From Octopus vulgaris (lineage: Eukaryota): 64,000 nt of DNA. The translations under genes and the position numbers were made by a program. The stretch covers positions 74,090,001 through 74,154,000 of the forward strand of contig OX597826.1 of the NCBI GenBank assembly GCA_951406725.2, given 5' to 3'. The notes under the pieces were generated by a model. That model was given only the letters and a program-made list of their open reading frames with translations. It did not search any database and had not been told where the DNA came from. Positions 49,458 to 60,814 of the stretch are shown one piece after another; positions within the stretch are counted from its first letter, which is position 1; each line of letters begins with the position of its first letter.

Positions 49458-51660
49458 CGATAAATGACATAGCGGTTCGCCAAACGAGATTGATAAAATG
49501 ACGTAGCGGTTCGCCAAAGGAAATCGATAAAATGACGTAGCGGTTCGACAAACAAGACCAATAAAATAACGTAGCGGTTCGCCAAACGAGATCGATAAAA
49601 TGACGCAGCGGTTCGGCAAACAAGATCGATAAAATGACTTAGCGGTTCGCCAAACGATATCGATAAAATGACGTAGCAGTTCGACAAATGCGATCGATAA
49701 AATGACTTAGCGGTTCGCCAAACGAGATCGATAGAATGACGTAGCGGTTCAGCAAACAAGATCGATAAATTGACTTCGCGGTTCGACAAACGAAATCGAT
49801 AAAATGACGTAGCGGTTCGCCAAACAAGATCGATAAAATGACGTAGCGGTTCGCCAAACGAGATCGATAAAATGATGTAGCGGTTCGACAAACGAAATCA
49901 ATAAAATGACGTAGCGGTTCGCCAAACAAGATTGATAAAATGACGTAGCGGTTCGACAAACGGGATCGATAAAATGACGTAGCAGTTCGCCAAACGAGAT
50001 CGATAGAATGACATAGTGGTTCCCCAAACGAGATCGATAAAATGACGTAGCGGTTCGACAAACCAGATCGATAAAATAACTGAGCGTTTCGACAAACGAG
50101 ATCGATAAAATGACTTAGCAGTTCGCCAAACGAGATCGATAGAATGACATAGCGGTTCGCCAAACGAGATCGATAAAATGACGTAGCGGTTCGACAAATC
50201 AGATCGATAAAATGACGTAGCGTTTCGACAAACGATATCGATAAAATGACTTAGCGGTTCGCCAAACTAGATCGATAAAATGACTTAGCGGTTCGCCAAA
50301 CGAGATCGATAAAATGACTTAGCGGTTCGCCAAACAATATCGATAAAATGACGTAGCAGTTCGACAAATGCGATCGATAAAATGACTTAGCGGTTCGCCA
50401 AAGGAGACCGATAAAATGACCTAGCGGTTCGACAAACAAGATCGATAAAATGACCTAGCGGTTCGACAAACGAGATCGATAAAATGACGTAGCGGTTCGC
50501 CAAACGATATCGATAAAATGACGTAGCGGTTCGCCAAACGAGATCGATAAAATGACGTAGCGGTTCGACAAACGAAATCGATAAAATGACGTAGCGGTTC
50601 GCCAAACGATATCGATAAAATGACGTAGCGGTTCGCCAAACGAGATCGATAAAATGACGTAGCGGTTCGACAAACGAAATCAATAAAATGACGTAGCGGT
50701 TCGCCAAACAACATCAATAAAATAAAGTAGCAGTTCGCCAAACAAGATTGATAAAATGACGTAGCGGTTCGACAAACGGGATCGATAAAATGACGTAGCA
50801 GTTCGCCAAACGAGATCGATAAAATGACGTAGCGGTTCGCCAAACGACATCAATAAAATAAAGTAGCGGTTCGCCAAACAAGATTGATAAAATGACTGAG
50901 CGTTTCGACAAACGAAATCGATAAAATGACATAGCAGTTCGCCAAACGAGATCGATAGAATGACATAGTGGTTCGCCAAACAAGATCGATAAAATGACGT
51001 AACGGTTCGACAAATCAGATCGATAAAATGATGTAGCGTTTCGACAAACGAGATCGATAAAATGACTTAGCGGTTCGCTAACCAGATCGATAAAATGACG
51101 TAGCGGTTCGCCAAAAGGGTTCGATAAAATGACGTAGAGGTTCGGCAAACGGGTTCGATAAAATGACTTCGCGGTTCGACAAACGAGATCGATAAAATGA
51201 CTTAGCGGTTCGCCAAACAAGATCAATAAAATAACGTAGAGGTTCGCCAAACGAGATTGATAAAATAACTGAGCGGTTCGCCAAACAAGATTGATAAAAT
51301 GACTGAACGGTTCGACAAACCACATCGATAAAATGACGTAGCGGTTCGCCAAACGAGATAAATAAAATGACGTCGTAGTTCGCCAAACGAGATCGATAAA
51401 ATGACTTAGCGGTTCGACAAACGAGATCAATAAAATGATGTAGCGGCTCGCCAATCAAGATTGATAAAATAACGTAGCGGTTCGACAAACGGGTTCGATA
51501 AAATGACTTAGCGGTTCGACAAACAAGATCGATAAAATGACTTAGCGGTTCGCCAAACGAGATAGATAAAATGACGTAGCGGTTCGCCAAATGGTTTCAA
51601 TAAAATGACTTAGCGGTTCGACAAACAAGATCGATAAAATGACGTAGCAGTTCGCCAAAC
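49458..51660. repeat. 34-bp tandem minisatellite, about 65 units, SINE-derived
   Basis: Consensus TAGCGGTTCGCCAAACGAGATCGATAAAATGACG, contiguous without spacers. Resembles the SINE A segment TTAGCGGTTCGGCAAAAGAGACCGATAGAAT. Confidence 0.95.
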
Positions 51661-51929
51661 GAAGCCGAAGCCGAACCTGTCTGTCTGTCATTTGTCTATA
51701 TATCTAACTGTCTGTGTATCTATCTATGTGTGGGTGTATGTGCATGTGTATGTATGTATACTGTGTGCGTTTGTCTCTGTTACTCGTTTGTTTACATTCT
51801 CGTGACTGAGCAGTTTGGCAAAAGAGACAAAGAAAATATTGTGCCAGATTTAAAAATAAATTTATTTGTTTGACTAAATCCTTCCAGGAGGTGCTCCAGC
51901 ATGACCTCATCCAAATCACTGAAACAAAT

Positions 51930-52075
51930 GTGGCTGTAGCTTGCTAACCAACCACATGGTTCCGGGTTCAGTCCCACTGCGTGGCATCTTGGGCAAGTGT
52001 CTTCTGCTATAGCATGGGCCGACCAAAGCCTTGTGAGTGGATTTGGTAGACGGAAACTGAAAGAAGCCTGTCGTA

Positions 52076-52136
<61 letters not shown>

Positions 52137-52350
52137 TTGTGTGTCTTTGATTGTTCCCCCAGCATTGCTTGACAACCGATGCTGGTGTGTTTACGTCCCC
52201 GTCACTTTTGCGGTTCGGCAAAAAATGACCGATAGAATAAGTACTAGGCTTACAAAAAGAATAAGTCCCGGGGTCGATTTGCTCGACTAAAGGCGGTGCT
52301 CCAGCATGGCCGCAGTCAAATGACTGAAACAAGTAAAAGAGTAAAAGAGA
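51930..52350 (+). mobile_element. SINE A
   Basis: Matches 793-1197. Other copies at 31175-31638, 32146-32536, 42655-43078, 45740-46117, 46140-46585 and 58085-58520. Confidence 0.85.
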
Positions 52351-53253
52351 GAGAGAGAGTCATTGACTAACAGCATAGTCACTTCTTTGCTGGCTAATTT
52401 TAATGCACTCATGGAGCATAAAATAGGTTAACATTAATTTTCCAATTGGTTTTTCATGGGCAGAAATTAAGCTACAAAAAAAAAGAAACCCTAAATATTT
52501 GCCGATGATGACTGCATTTATATTCCATGCCAATATTACATGAATAGATTGGCCAGTTTTCACTTCGTTATTTGCACATTAAATCCCACATTAAGAAGAC
52601 TTGTTGGACCACTGGATCATATTCTCTCTAAATGAATTCATAGCGTATATTGACTCAGCACTGCTTTTGTTCTTTAAGTTCTCTATTGGCTTTTGTTATT
52701 CTGTGATGATTTAAGTGGTGTTTAAAATAACATGTTTGACATCACTTGATGTTCACTGAAACTGACTCTGTTGTGAGATCCAATCATAATATTGAACATT
52801 TACAGTCAATTATTGACCCTTAGCTTAATGTAAATATGTGTTAATTATCGATGTAACTGGCTTTGAGAAACATATACACATGCTTACAGACACACACTCA
52901 CAAAAGAGGAAGAAGAAGAAGAAGAACAACAACAGCAACAGAGACAACAACTTGAAACTATACTTCAAAAGAACTGTAACAAATCTATAAATATGTTTTT
53001 GTATATAAACACGATAATTATCGTCAATAGGGAATTGAAAATAGGAGCTTCTGTCTTCCAGGCTTTTCCTAAATATGTTAGCTCTGTAGAATAAAAGGTT
53101 ACGACAATGGTTTGGAAGATGATGTTGGCAAAGCTGTCTGAGAACTTATTGTAAATACTGCTAGTGATCTTTTTTTTTTACTTAGAGACTGGAAAGATTC
53201 AGTTTTTTTTTACCCAGCGTCTCAATGCTGGTTCAGTGACAAAGGATGTATAG

Positions 53254-53473
53254 CAGTGGTTTTCGACCAGGGTTCCTAGGAACCTTAGGGTTCCGCCAGT
53301 ACAGTCCAGGGGTTCCGCAAGAAGTTACAAAACTGCTAAAAATCGGCAGTAATTTTTAATTCTCCTGTGCAGATATGTGTGCATAAGACTATTAAATCAT
53401 TGCACAGGGGTTCCTCGAGCCAGTGGAATGTTTCCTTGGGGTTCCGCTACAGCAAAAAGTTTGAAAAGCACTG
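53254..53473. mobile_element. hAT MITE with an intact 8-bp target-site duplication
   Basis: CAGTGGTTTTC...GAAAAGCACTG flanked by ATGTATAG at 53246-53253 and 53474-53481. Confidence 0.9.
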
Positions 53474-53488
53474 ATGTATAGTATAGAA

Positions 53489-54480
53489 CAGGCATGTCAA
53501 ACTGAGGGTCCATCGAGGGACCATAACGGGTCACATTTGTGTTGTCATGAGGGCTGCACTCACATCAATTATAACTGAGTTCATTTAATGAAAATTATCG
53601 CAGAATATTTTTCTTACAATGTAATGTGTCCTTGTGTCATTTGATTTATTTTATCTGATGTTAATTTACACAGGTCACAACCTAACAAACGCTGTCTGTA
53701 TTGGGTGATCTTCATGTCGGTCGTCATTTCATCTTGGTCTCCATCAAATCCTAACAAAGTCTTTCATTACCTATTTCAGCTCTAGTTTTTACAAGCACTC
53801 ATAACACCACCAGTAATTTATCATTGAAGTGACATTCCCTTTCTAATTCTTCATAAAACAGGTCCGTTGCTGTAAGGCGGCGAGTTGGCAGAATTGTTAG
53901 CACGTCGGGCGAAATGCTTAGTGGTATTTCGTCTGCCGCTACGTTCTGAGTTCAAATTCCGCCGAGGTCAACTTTGCCTTTCATCCTTTCGGGGTTGATT
54001 AAATAAGTACCAGTTATACACTGGGGTCGATATAATTGATTTAATCCGTTTATCTGTCCTTGTTTGTCCTCTCTGTGTTTAGCCCCTTGTGGGTAGTGAA
54101 GAAATAGGTCCGTTGCTGTGTCAAGTTAGCCTTCAATTCTTGAAACACGCATTGGACCTTCATATTTATCATAAGATCGGTGTTTCATTTCATAATGTCT
54201 TTTCAAGTTGTACTCTTTCGTTGTGGCAATGCTGTTGTTACAAATTAAACAATGTATCTTTATATTCTCCGTCGTACAGAAATAATGTAATTCCCATTTT
54301 TCTTGAAACATTTGTCCTTCTTCGTTCGGTTTCCTTTTTCTCTTAGCTGGAGCAGCACTAGCCATTTTAAGGATGAAATAGATTTGTAAGTCTACTTACG
54401 GGAAATGCATCTACTCACCAGAAATGCAGCGCACTGGAGCAGGAATTGCAGGACACAGGCAATGCAGGGCTTGAATGCGC
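53489..54480 (-). mobile_element. Internally deleted hAT (SPIN/Buster, GTF2IRD2-like) transposon
   Basis: ORF 54126-54365 KRK...FQEKWELHYF...CLICNNSIATTKEYNLKRHYEMKH (BED-type zinc finger). CAGGCATGTCAAAC terminus at 53489; SINE B inserted at 53875-54107. Confidence 0.8.
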
Positions 54481-54779
54481 TCTCTTAATTCCATCCATCA
54501 GACGAGAATTTAATGAATAAAAGAAGGGAAGAAAGGAAAATCGACTTAGACGAACATTGACGGGTACATTCTGCGATGTGCAAACATCTGTAACGTTTTA
54601 TATACGAAACATCAGGGGCCACGATTACATGACACAAACATAAACAACACGAAACAAAGGAATTTCAGTGTGTAAACAGTATATATAACAATAAAAAAAA
54701 TTAAACAAAATAAAACTCTCAAAGGGGCGGGGGCGTGTTTTAAAGGTCCTCGTGGAAAAACCCATAAAAGCCACGAGTA

Positions 54780-55400
54780 CCTGATCAACAGGGCAAGAGC
54801 CCTTCTCCGTTAATTTTTCACAGGCGTATGCTCAGAATTGGTCCTTTCACACTGGCCATTCTTCCAACATTCACCCGCCTTTCAACAAACTTGCTACAAG
54901 GCACCACTTCCTTCTCCACCTTCAACTTCCTTTTCAAGTGAAACTTGAAGAAGTTGTCGAGGGGTTGGCCAAAGGGGAAAGTGTCTGACTTTAGCCCTTT
55001 CAGACGAGTCCATCATACTACCTCTTTCGTTACAGCCACCAGACAAATAAAAACTGCCTGCCCCTCCTGACCAAAGGAGGGTAGCAAGGCAAGCTTCACT
55101 ATGGATTCAGCTGGGAGCCGGATTCGTCCCACACGTGACAGCAGGTGTTCAACATAAACCCACATGTCAGTAATGCTCGGGCACTGTTCGAGGGCGTGCA
55201 GAACGGTTTCATCGTTCTGCACGCACCTCGGGCAGGCCCGGCTGGTGGTACTTTCGTGCTTGTAAAGTTTATCCCGAACAGGCAGTGCCCTTTGGTAACA
55301 CTGTCAGGTAAGGGATTTCTGGAAGTTATCCATAGGCCCAGGCCCAAAAGTTCTCCGACACAGACCGGTTAATTGATCCTCGTCGACACCTAGAGTTTCT
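54780..55400 (-). mobile_element. L1/Tx1-type LINE C-terminal zinc-finger (zf-RVT) fragment
   Basis: GALPVRDKLYKH....RACPRCVQNDETVLHALEQCPSI..W, followed by KEVV*WTR. Confidence 0.75.
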
Positions 55401-56734
55401 CCAATAATAATAATAGTTTCAAATTTTGGCACAAGGCCATCAGTTTTAGGGGGAGGGGTCTAGTCGATTACATCGACCTAAGATCGTAATTGGTACTTAT
55501 TTTATTGAACATTATACCAAGAAAGACAAGTCTATGTAACTCGAGGGTAGAGTCGTCTGTGGCTGGACTGACAGTCCAATAAAGGTACTCAGTGATTGGC
55601 TTGGTCAAGACTTCTAGGGGATAGGATTTAGGACGAAGTTATGAACATGGTGGGCAATAGAAATAGGGAAAGCTATCCCTAAAAGTTCAGACGAAGATTA
55701 TGACTGTGTGCATCGTCTCTTTTGTATATCATCATACAAAGCTGTGCTCTACTTTGCATTTAAACAAGTCTGCTCTTTTGCTTCTAGTGAAAAATTCGGG
55801 TTTCCTTGATCAGAAGGTCCATTTGCGGCTAACACTCTGCATAGAGAACGTAATATGCAGTGGGTGAGGCATACCTATTTCTTTACTACCCACAAGGGGC
55901 TAAACACAGAGGGGACAAACAAGGACAGACAAACGGATTAAGTCGATTACATCGACCCCAGTGCGTAACTGGTACTTATTTAATCGACCCCGAAAGGATG
56001 AAAGGCAAAGTTGACCTCGGCAGAATTTGAACTCAGAACGTAACGGCAGACGAAATACCGTTAAGCATTTCGCCCGGCGTGCTAACGTTTCTGCCAGCTC
56101 GTAGGCTGGGGCTGGTGCTGTGATATCTGCAGAGATGTGGCCACTGTTTGTGAAGCACACATTCCTACCATTTTCATGAAACTGCAGTCCTGGGTCAAAT
56201 GAATGCCAAAAATGGGATGACAGAGTGGCGTAGCTAGAGTGTGTGCCACCCGTGACTGCCCTTGAGTTTGCTCCCTACACAGGAGATATAAGCCTGTTTA
56301 GGCTTATACGGTAGACACAAAGGTGCCGCCTCCGTAAATGTGTCGTCCTGGCGGACTGCCCCTTCGTACCCTCCTCCCAGCTACGCTATTGGCCAGATAT
56401 CTGGAGGGTTGTCAAGCGCACATCCCACTAATAATCTGTTGATGCGATCGATTGAACGTACAAAGCAATTTTTTTTCTCATCTGACGGTATGGAAACCCC
56501 GTTCTATTAGCAACATATTTTTACAGGAGAAATGAGAAAAAACATTAAAAGTATAAAAAATCAAATTATCGAGATAAAAATCCGAAACTCCCTCACCAAG
56601 GAAATAAAGGAAAAGAAAAAAAAAACGGGAGGGGAATTAAGAAGCAGAAAAAGGAGGAGGGAGACGAGGAGGAGGAGGAGGAGGAGGAGGAGGCAATGGG
56701 TTGTGCACCTCAGACCAAATAGCGAAGTCAGCAG

Positions 56735-57430
56735 CGCCTTGCGGATATGATTGCAAAGGCGTTGCCGTGGGGAATGGCCAGTGACACTCACTGCAACAGC
56801 CATATCATCTAGCGGGGCTCATTTCTCAGACGGGCCGCAGTTTTTGCGGAGGAAATCAGCAGTGCAGGGTTCGAGAATACCTGAGATCTGAGATGACGAC
56901 CGACGCTAAATGACTGCGGTCAAGCTTCCGTATTTGTTTATCTTTCGCTCCTCTGCGCTGCAGGCGGCGCCACTCGGGTTTGCAGCCATGTTGGAGCCGG
57001 AGAACGTGTTGCAGCACGTCGCGTCCTGGATCAGGGATATACTTCCATCGTATGGGAAGAGGGTCATTCCTTCAGAGTGCTTACTATTCCCGCAATCAAG
57101 ACCGACTGGCCCCAGTTGTGACAGGAGGCCAGCCGCGTCGAGGCCCCTTCGAATAATGCCATTCAATGCGGCGAGTAGGGGGGGAACCGGCCCGCGCTAT
57201 GGATGCGGGCCGAATTCATCGACATCCGCTTCTCAACGACATTTGTGTGACTCACGCATACGGAGACCGTGGCACTGGGTCACTCCAATAGAAGTGCACA
57301 CATCACCAAAAATGGTACCAGTTGCTAAGGAGGGAACCGAATTTAGCGACGCACCGCTGTTTTGCCGCCAAGTGAAACGCAGACAGGTGAGGAAGTGCTT
57401 GTCTAAGTTTAGTGTTGGGTTTCAATGACA
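56735..57430 (-). mobile_element. Decayed CRE-clade (RLE endonuclease) non-LTR retrotransposon 3' portion
   Basis: LNGIIRRGLDAAG..SQLGPVGLD.G..K..EGMTLFPY..G.SLI.DATC..TF..S....GAAC.AEERKINKY. Resembles the CRE-type EP.GL...DGKRPDG.T..PW..G..L.WD.T motif. Confidence 0.7.
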
Positions 57431-57707
57431 AACGATGTTAACTGGCTAGAGTGCAAAGTTTTAGGGGTTTTGGAGCGTCTTGATCCTCCCTTGGTAAATA
57501 GTCAGCCCATCCCCATTGTGGGAGTCTTTGCTTTTCTTATTTTTTGAATCTTTTTATCCGTTTCGGTCATTGGACTGCGGCCATGCTGGGTTACTGCCTG
57601 GAAGAGTTTAACCGAACAAATATATATGTCGAACCGGTAATCCCTGCACATTTTTTGGGTCTCTTGTTTTTTTTTTTCGTTTTGCTCCTATTTTCCCCCT
57701 CTCATCC

Positions 57708-57743
57708 CTTTCTGTCGAAGAGCGTTGGCTCGAAACGTCAAAG
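57708..57743 (+). ncRNA. Minimal hammerhead-like motif, family HH-G (A6U core)
   Basis: CUUU [CUGUCGA] a GAGC guug GCUC [GAA] ACGU C AAAG. Stems I and II pair, palindromic ACGU stem III, GUC triplet; one core deviation. Confidence 0.45.
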
Positions 57744-58245
57744 ACTTTTCCATTCTTTCCAAGCGTCAAACTAATACACCTGCTGCTTGTTGTTCCTTCA
57801 CCTGTCTTCGTCTTTTGTTTTCTGTAAATTTGAACTATACGTGTGTGTGTGTGTGTGTGTGCGCGCGTTGTGTTTGCACCACCGCTTGATAACTAGTGTT
57901 GGTTTGTTTACGTTCCCGTAACTTAGCGGTTCTACAAAAAAAAAAAAAGGATAGAATAAGTACGAGGCTTTAATAAAAGCATGAGTACTGGGGTCGATTC
58001 GGTCGACTAAACCCTTCATGGCGGTGCCCCAGCATGGTCGCAGTCCAATGACTGAAACAAGTAAAAAATAAATAAATAAAAGATAGGCGCAGGAGTGACT
58101 GTGTGGTAAGTAGCTTGCTTATCAACCACATGGTTCCGGGTTCAGTCCCACTGCGTGACACCTTGAGCAAGTGTCTTCTACTATAGCTTCGGGCCAACCA
58201 AAGCCTTGTGAGTGGATTTGGTAGACGGAAACTGAAAGAAGCCTG

Positions 58246-58287
<42 letters not shown>

Positions 58288-59029
58288 GCGTGTGTATGTT
58301 TGTGTGTCTGTGTTTATCGCCCCAACATCGCTTGACAACCGATGCTGGTGTGTTTACGTCCCCGTAACTTAGCAGTTCGGCAAAAGAGACCGATAGAATA
58401 AATACTAGGCTTACAAAGAATAAGTCCTGGGGGGATCGATTTTCTCGACTAAAGGCGGTGCTCCAGCATGGCCACTGTCAAATGACTGAAACAAGTAAAC
58501 GAGAGTAAAAGAATAAAAGATAAGCCTGCCCGACCAGGTCTGACCTGGGGTTAAACAACACCACCACCACCACCGCCACCCACATTGCCACCGCTATATC
58601 ACTTGCTTACCATCGTAAACAGTAAATATTTACTTTATTATATATTGCGATGACAATCCAATCAATCGATTCCGTTACGTATTTCCTGTAAACACAGCGA
58701 CGAGTGACAAAAGGTGATGAGTGAGCCTTGTTGATCGTCTGAGTGACACTTGCGTCGATCACTTAGCAACACCAGACTAAATGTCGACGTAATTTAAGGA
58801 TAAGGATAAGGACATCTCGAAGGTGTCTCGAAGGTGTCTCGAAGGTGTCCTTAGCACCTCCTCCTCCCGGCCCTTTTTTTCTTTTTCTTTCTTTTAGTGG
58901 GTGAACTTCATTTGTCACACGTGGGAGACCTGGAGCCTGGAGCCCGGAGCCTGGAGTTTGGAGCCTGGAGCCTGGAGCCATGGTTACAAGCAGCACGTTG
59001 AGAAGAGCAGGTAGTGGAAAAAGGAAACG

Positions 59030-59107
59030 ACTGATGATGATGATGATGAGGAAGAGGAGGTGGAGGACGAAGGGGAAGTTGATGGTGATGAGGTTGATAC
59101 AATGATA

Positions 59108-59147
<40 letters not shown>

Positions 59148-59196
59148 GGATGAGGAGGAGGAAGAGGGGGAAGTTGATGGTGACGAGGTAGATACA

Positions 59197-59231
<35 letters not shown>

Positions 59232-59294
59232 AATGAGGAGGAGGAGGAGGAGGAAGAAGGGGAAGTTGATGGTGATGAGGTAGATACAATGATA

Positions 59295-59325
<31 letters not shown>

Positions 59326-59465
59326 GGAGGAGGAGGAGGAAGAAGACGAAGACGACGACGAAGGTAAGTTGATGGTAGCGATGGTGGTGCGGTAGAAAGA
59401 ATAGTGATGAGGTAGTGATGATGATGATGATGATGACGACGATGACGACGGCGACGGCGACGGCG
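59030..59465. repeat. Compound minisatellite (~120-bp unit of (GAT)n, (GAG)n and GGGGAAGTTGATGGTGATGAGGTAGATACAAT)
   Basis: The spacer recurs three times almost exactly and once degenerate. Confidence 0.8.
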
Positions 59466-59564
59466 ACAAAGATGACAAAACAGCCAAGCCACAGCGACAG
59501 CGATTTTAAAGACGACCAGAAAGAAAAAAGGAGACCAATTGACAAACAAGAAGGAAAGCCTTAA

Positions 59565-59700
59565 GGCTGAGCGGAGCGGCGGAGCGGCGGAGCGGCGCGC
59601 GTGTGTGAGAGGTGGAGTGGGAGTGGGAGTGGGGGGTTAAGGAGGATGAGGCGGAGCAAGGCAGAAGTGGGGGGGGGGCGGGGGCGGGGGAGAAAAATAT
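59565..59700. promoter_or_regulatory. GC-rich candidate (possibly bidirectional) promoter
   Basis: (GGAGCGGC)3, GGGGCGGGGGCGGGG GC boxes. Outward-facing consensus donors at 58610 (minus, ATG|GTAAGC), 60146 (plus, AAG|GTAAGG) and 60932 (plus, CAG|GTAAGC). Confidence 0.35.
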
Positions 59701-59895
59701 GAAATTAAAAAAAAAATACAAAAAATAGATAATAATAATATTTTGAAGAAAAGAAGAAGAAGAAGAAAGGAGTCGACGACGAAATAAGAATTTTTATTTA
59801 TTATGTATTTAGACGTCAATAGCAGTTGCACTTCTGTCTTCCCTGTCGATAGTGGGGGGGGGGGCACCTAACCTCACCCGACGCCACCGCACGCA

Positions 59896-59939
<44 letters not shown>

Positions 59940-60232
59940 GCAGTGCTACGGCTGCTGCTGCTGTTGTTGTTGCTGTTGCCTTTGCTGCTGCTGTTGCGGC
60001 TACTGCTGCTACTATTACTGCTGCTAAGCTGTGTTGTAGTAAGATGTTCTTCTCCGTCTTGTAGTTACTACAAACCCATGTTATTTCCCGCTGCTTCTTC
60101 TTAGTCTCTGGCAAATATTGGATACGGTATACTCGCTGCTATAAGGTAAGGTAACATGTTCGACTTTCGACTCCCTTCTTTTTGTGTAGCATCTCTTTAA
60201 AGTGCATCGTCACCAACCATCAATTGTCCTTT

Positions 60233-60253
60233 CTCATCATCATCATCATCATC

Positions 60254-60295
<42 letters not shown>

Positions 60296-60383
60296 GCTTC
60301 ACCACAAATATGCCTCACCCCCCCCCCCCCTTATCCTCCTCTTCATCACCACCACCACCACCACCACCACCACCACCACCACT

Positions 60384-60435
<52 letters not shown>

Positions 60436-60525
60436 CCATCATCATCATCACCATCATCATCATCACCACCACCACCATCATCTTCATCATCATCATCCTT
60501 CGCAACAACTGCAGCAACAGCAGCT
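60233..60525. repeat. (CAT)n/(TAT)n/(CAC)n trinucleotide tracts
   Basis: Direct reading. Confidence 0.9.
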
Positions 60526-60756
60526 ATAGTAATATTTATCAAATTTACTTCTTTCCTTTGTTTCATAATGTGATCGAACGATAAAGTGTGTGTGTGTGTG
60601 TGTGTTAGTGAGTATGTGTGAGGTATTTTCTTTCCGGAGAAAAATATTTTCTTTGCGAAGCAGCAGGACTTGGCAATATACATACATACATACATACATA
60701 CACATATATATATACATACATGCATATATATATATACATACATGCATATATATATA

Positions 60757-60814
<58 letters not shown>

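Noticed and set aside
49425-51590. Long minus-strand ORFs with ANRYVILSISFGEPLRHFIDLVWRTATSFYRSRL repeats
   Set aside because: Translation artefact of the 34-bp repeat cycling through frames; overlapping ORFs in all three frames with scattered stops.
49458-51660. CRISPR array
   Set aside because: The 34-bp units are contiguous with no unique spacers, there are no cas genes, the context is eukaryotic, and the unit derives from a SINE.
52700-52770. C/D-box snoRNA (GTGATGA ... CTGA)
   Set aside because: No convincing terminal stem or recognisable rRNA-complementary guide, and no host intron identified.
58763-60584. His/Ser/Ile-rich ORFs of 100-260 aa
   Set aside because: Trinucleotide tracts open in several frames; no recognisable domain.
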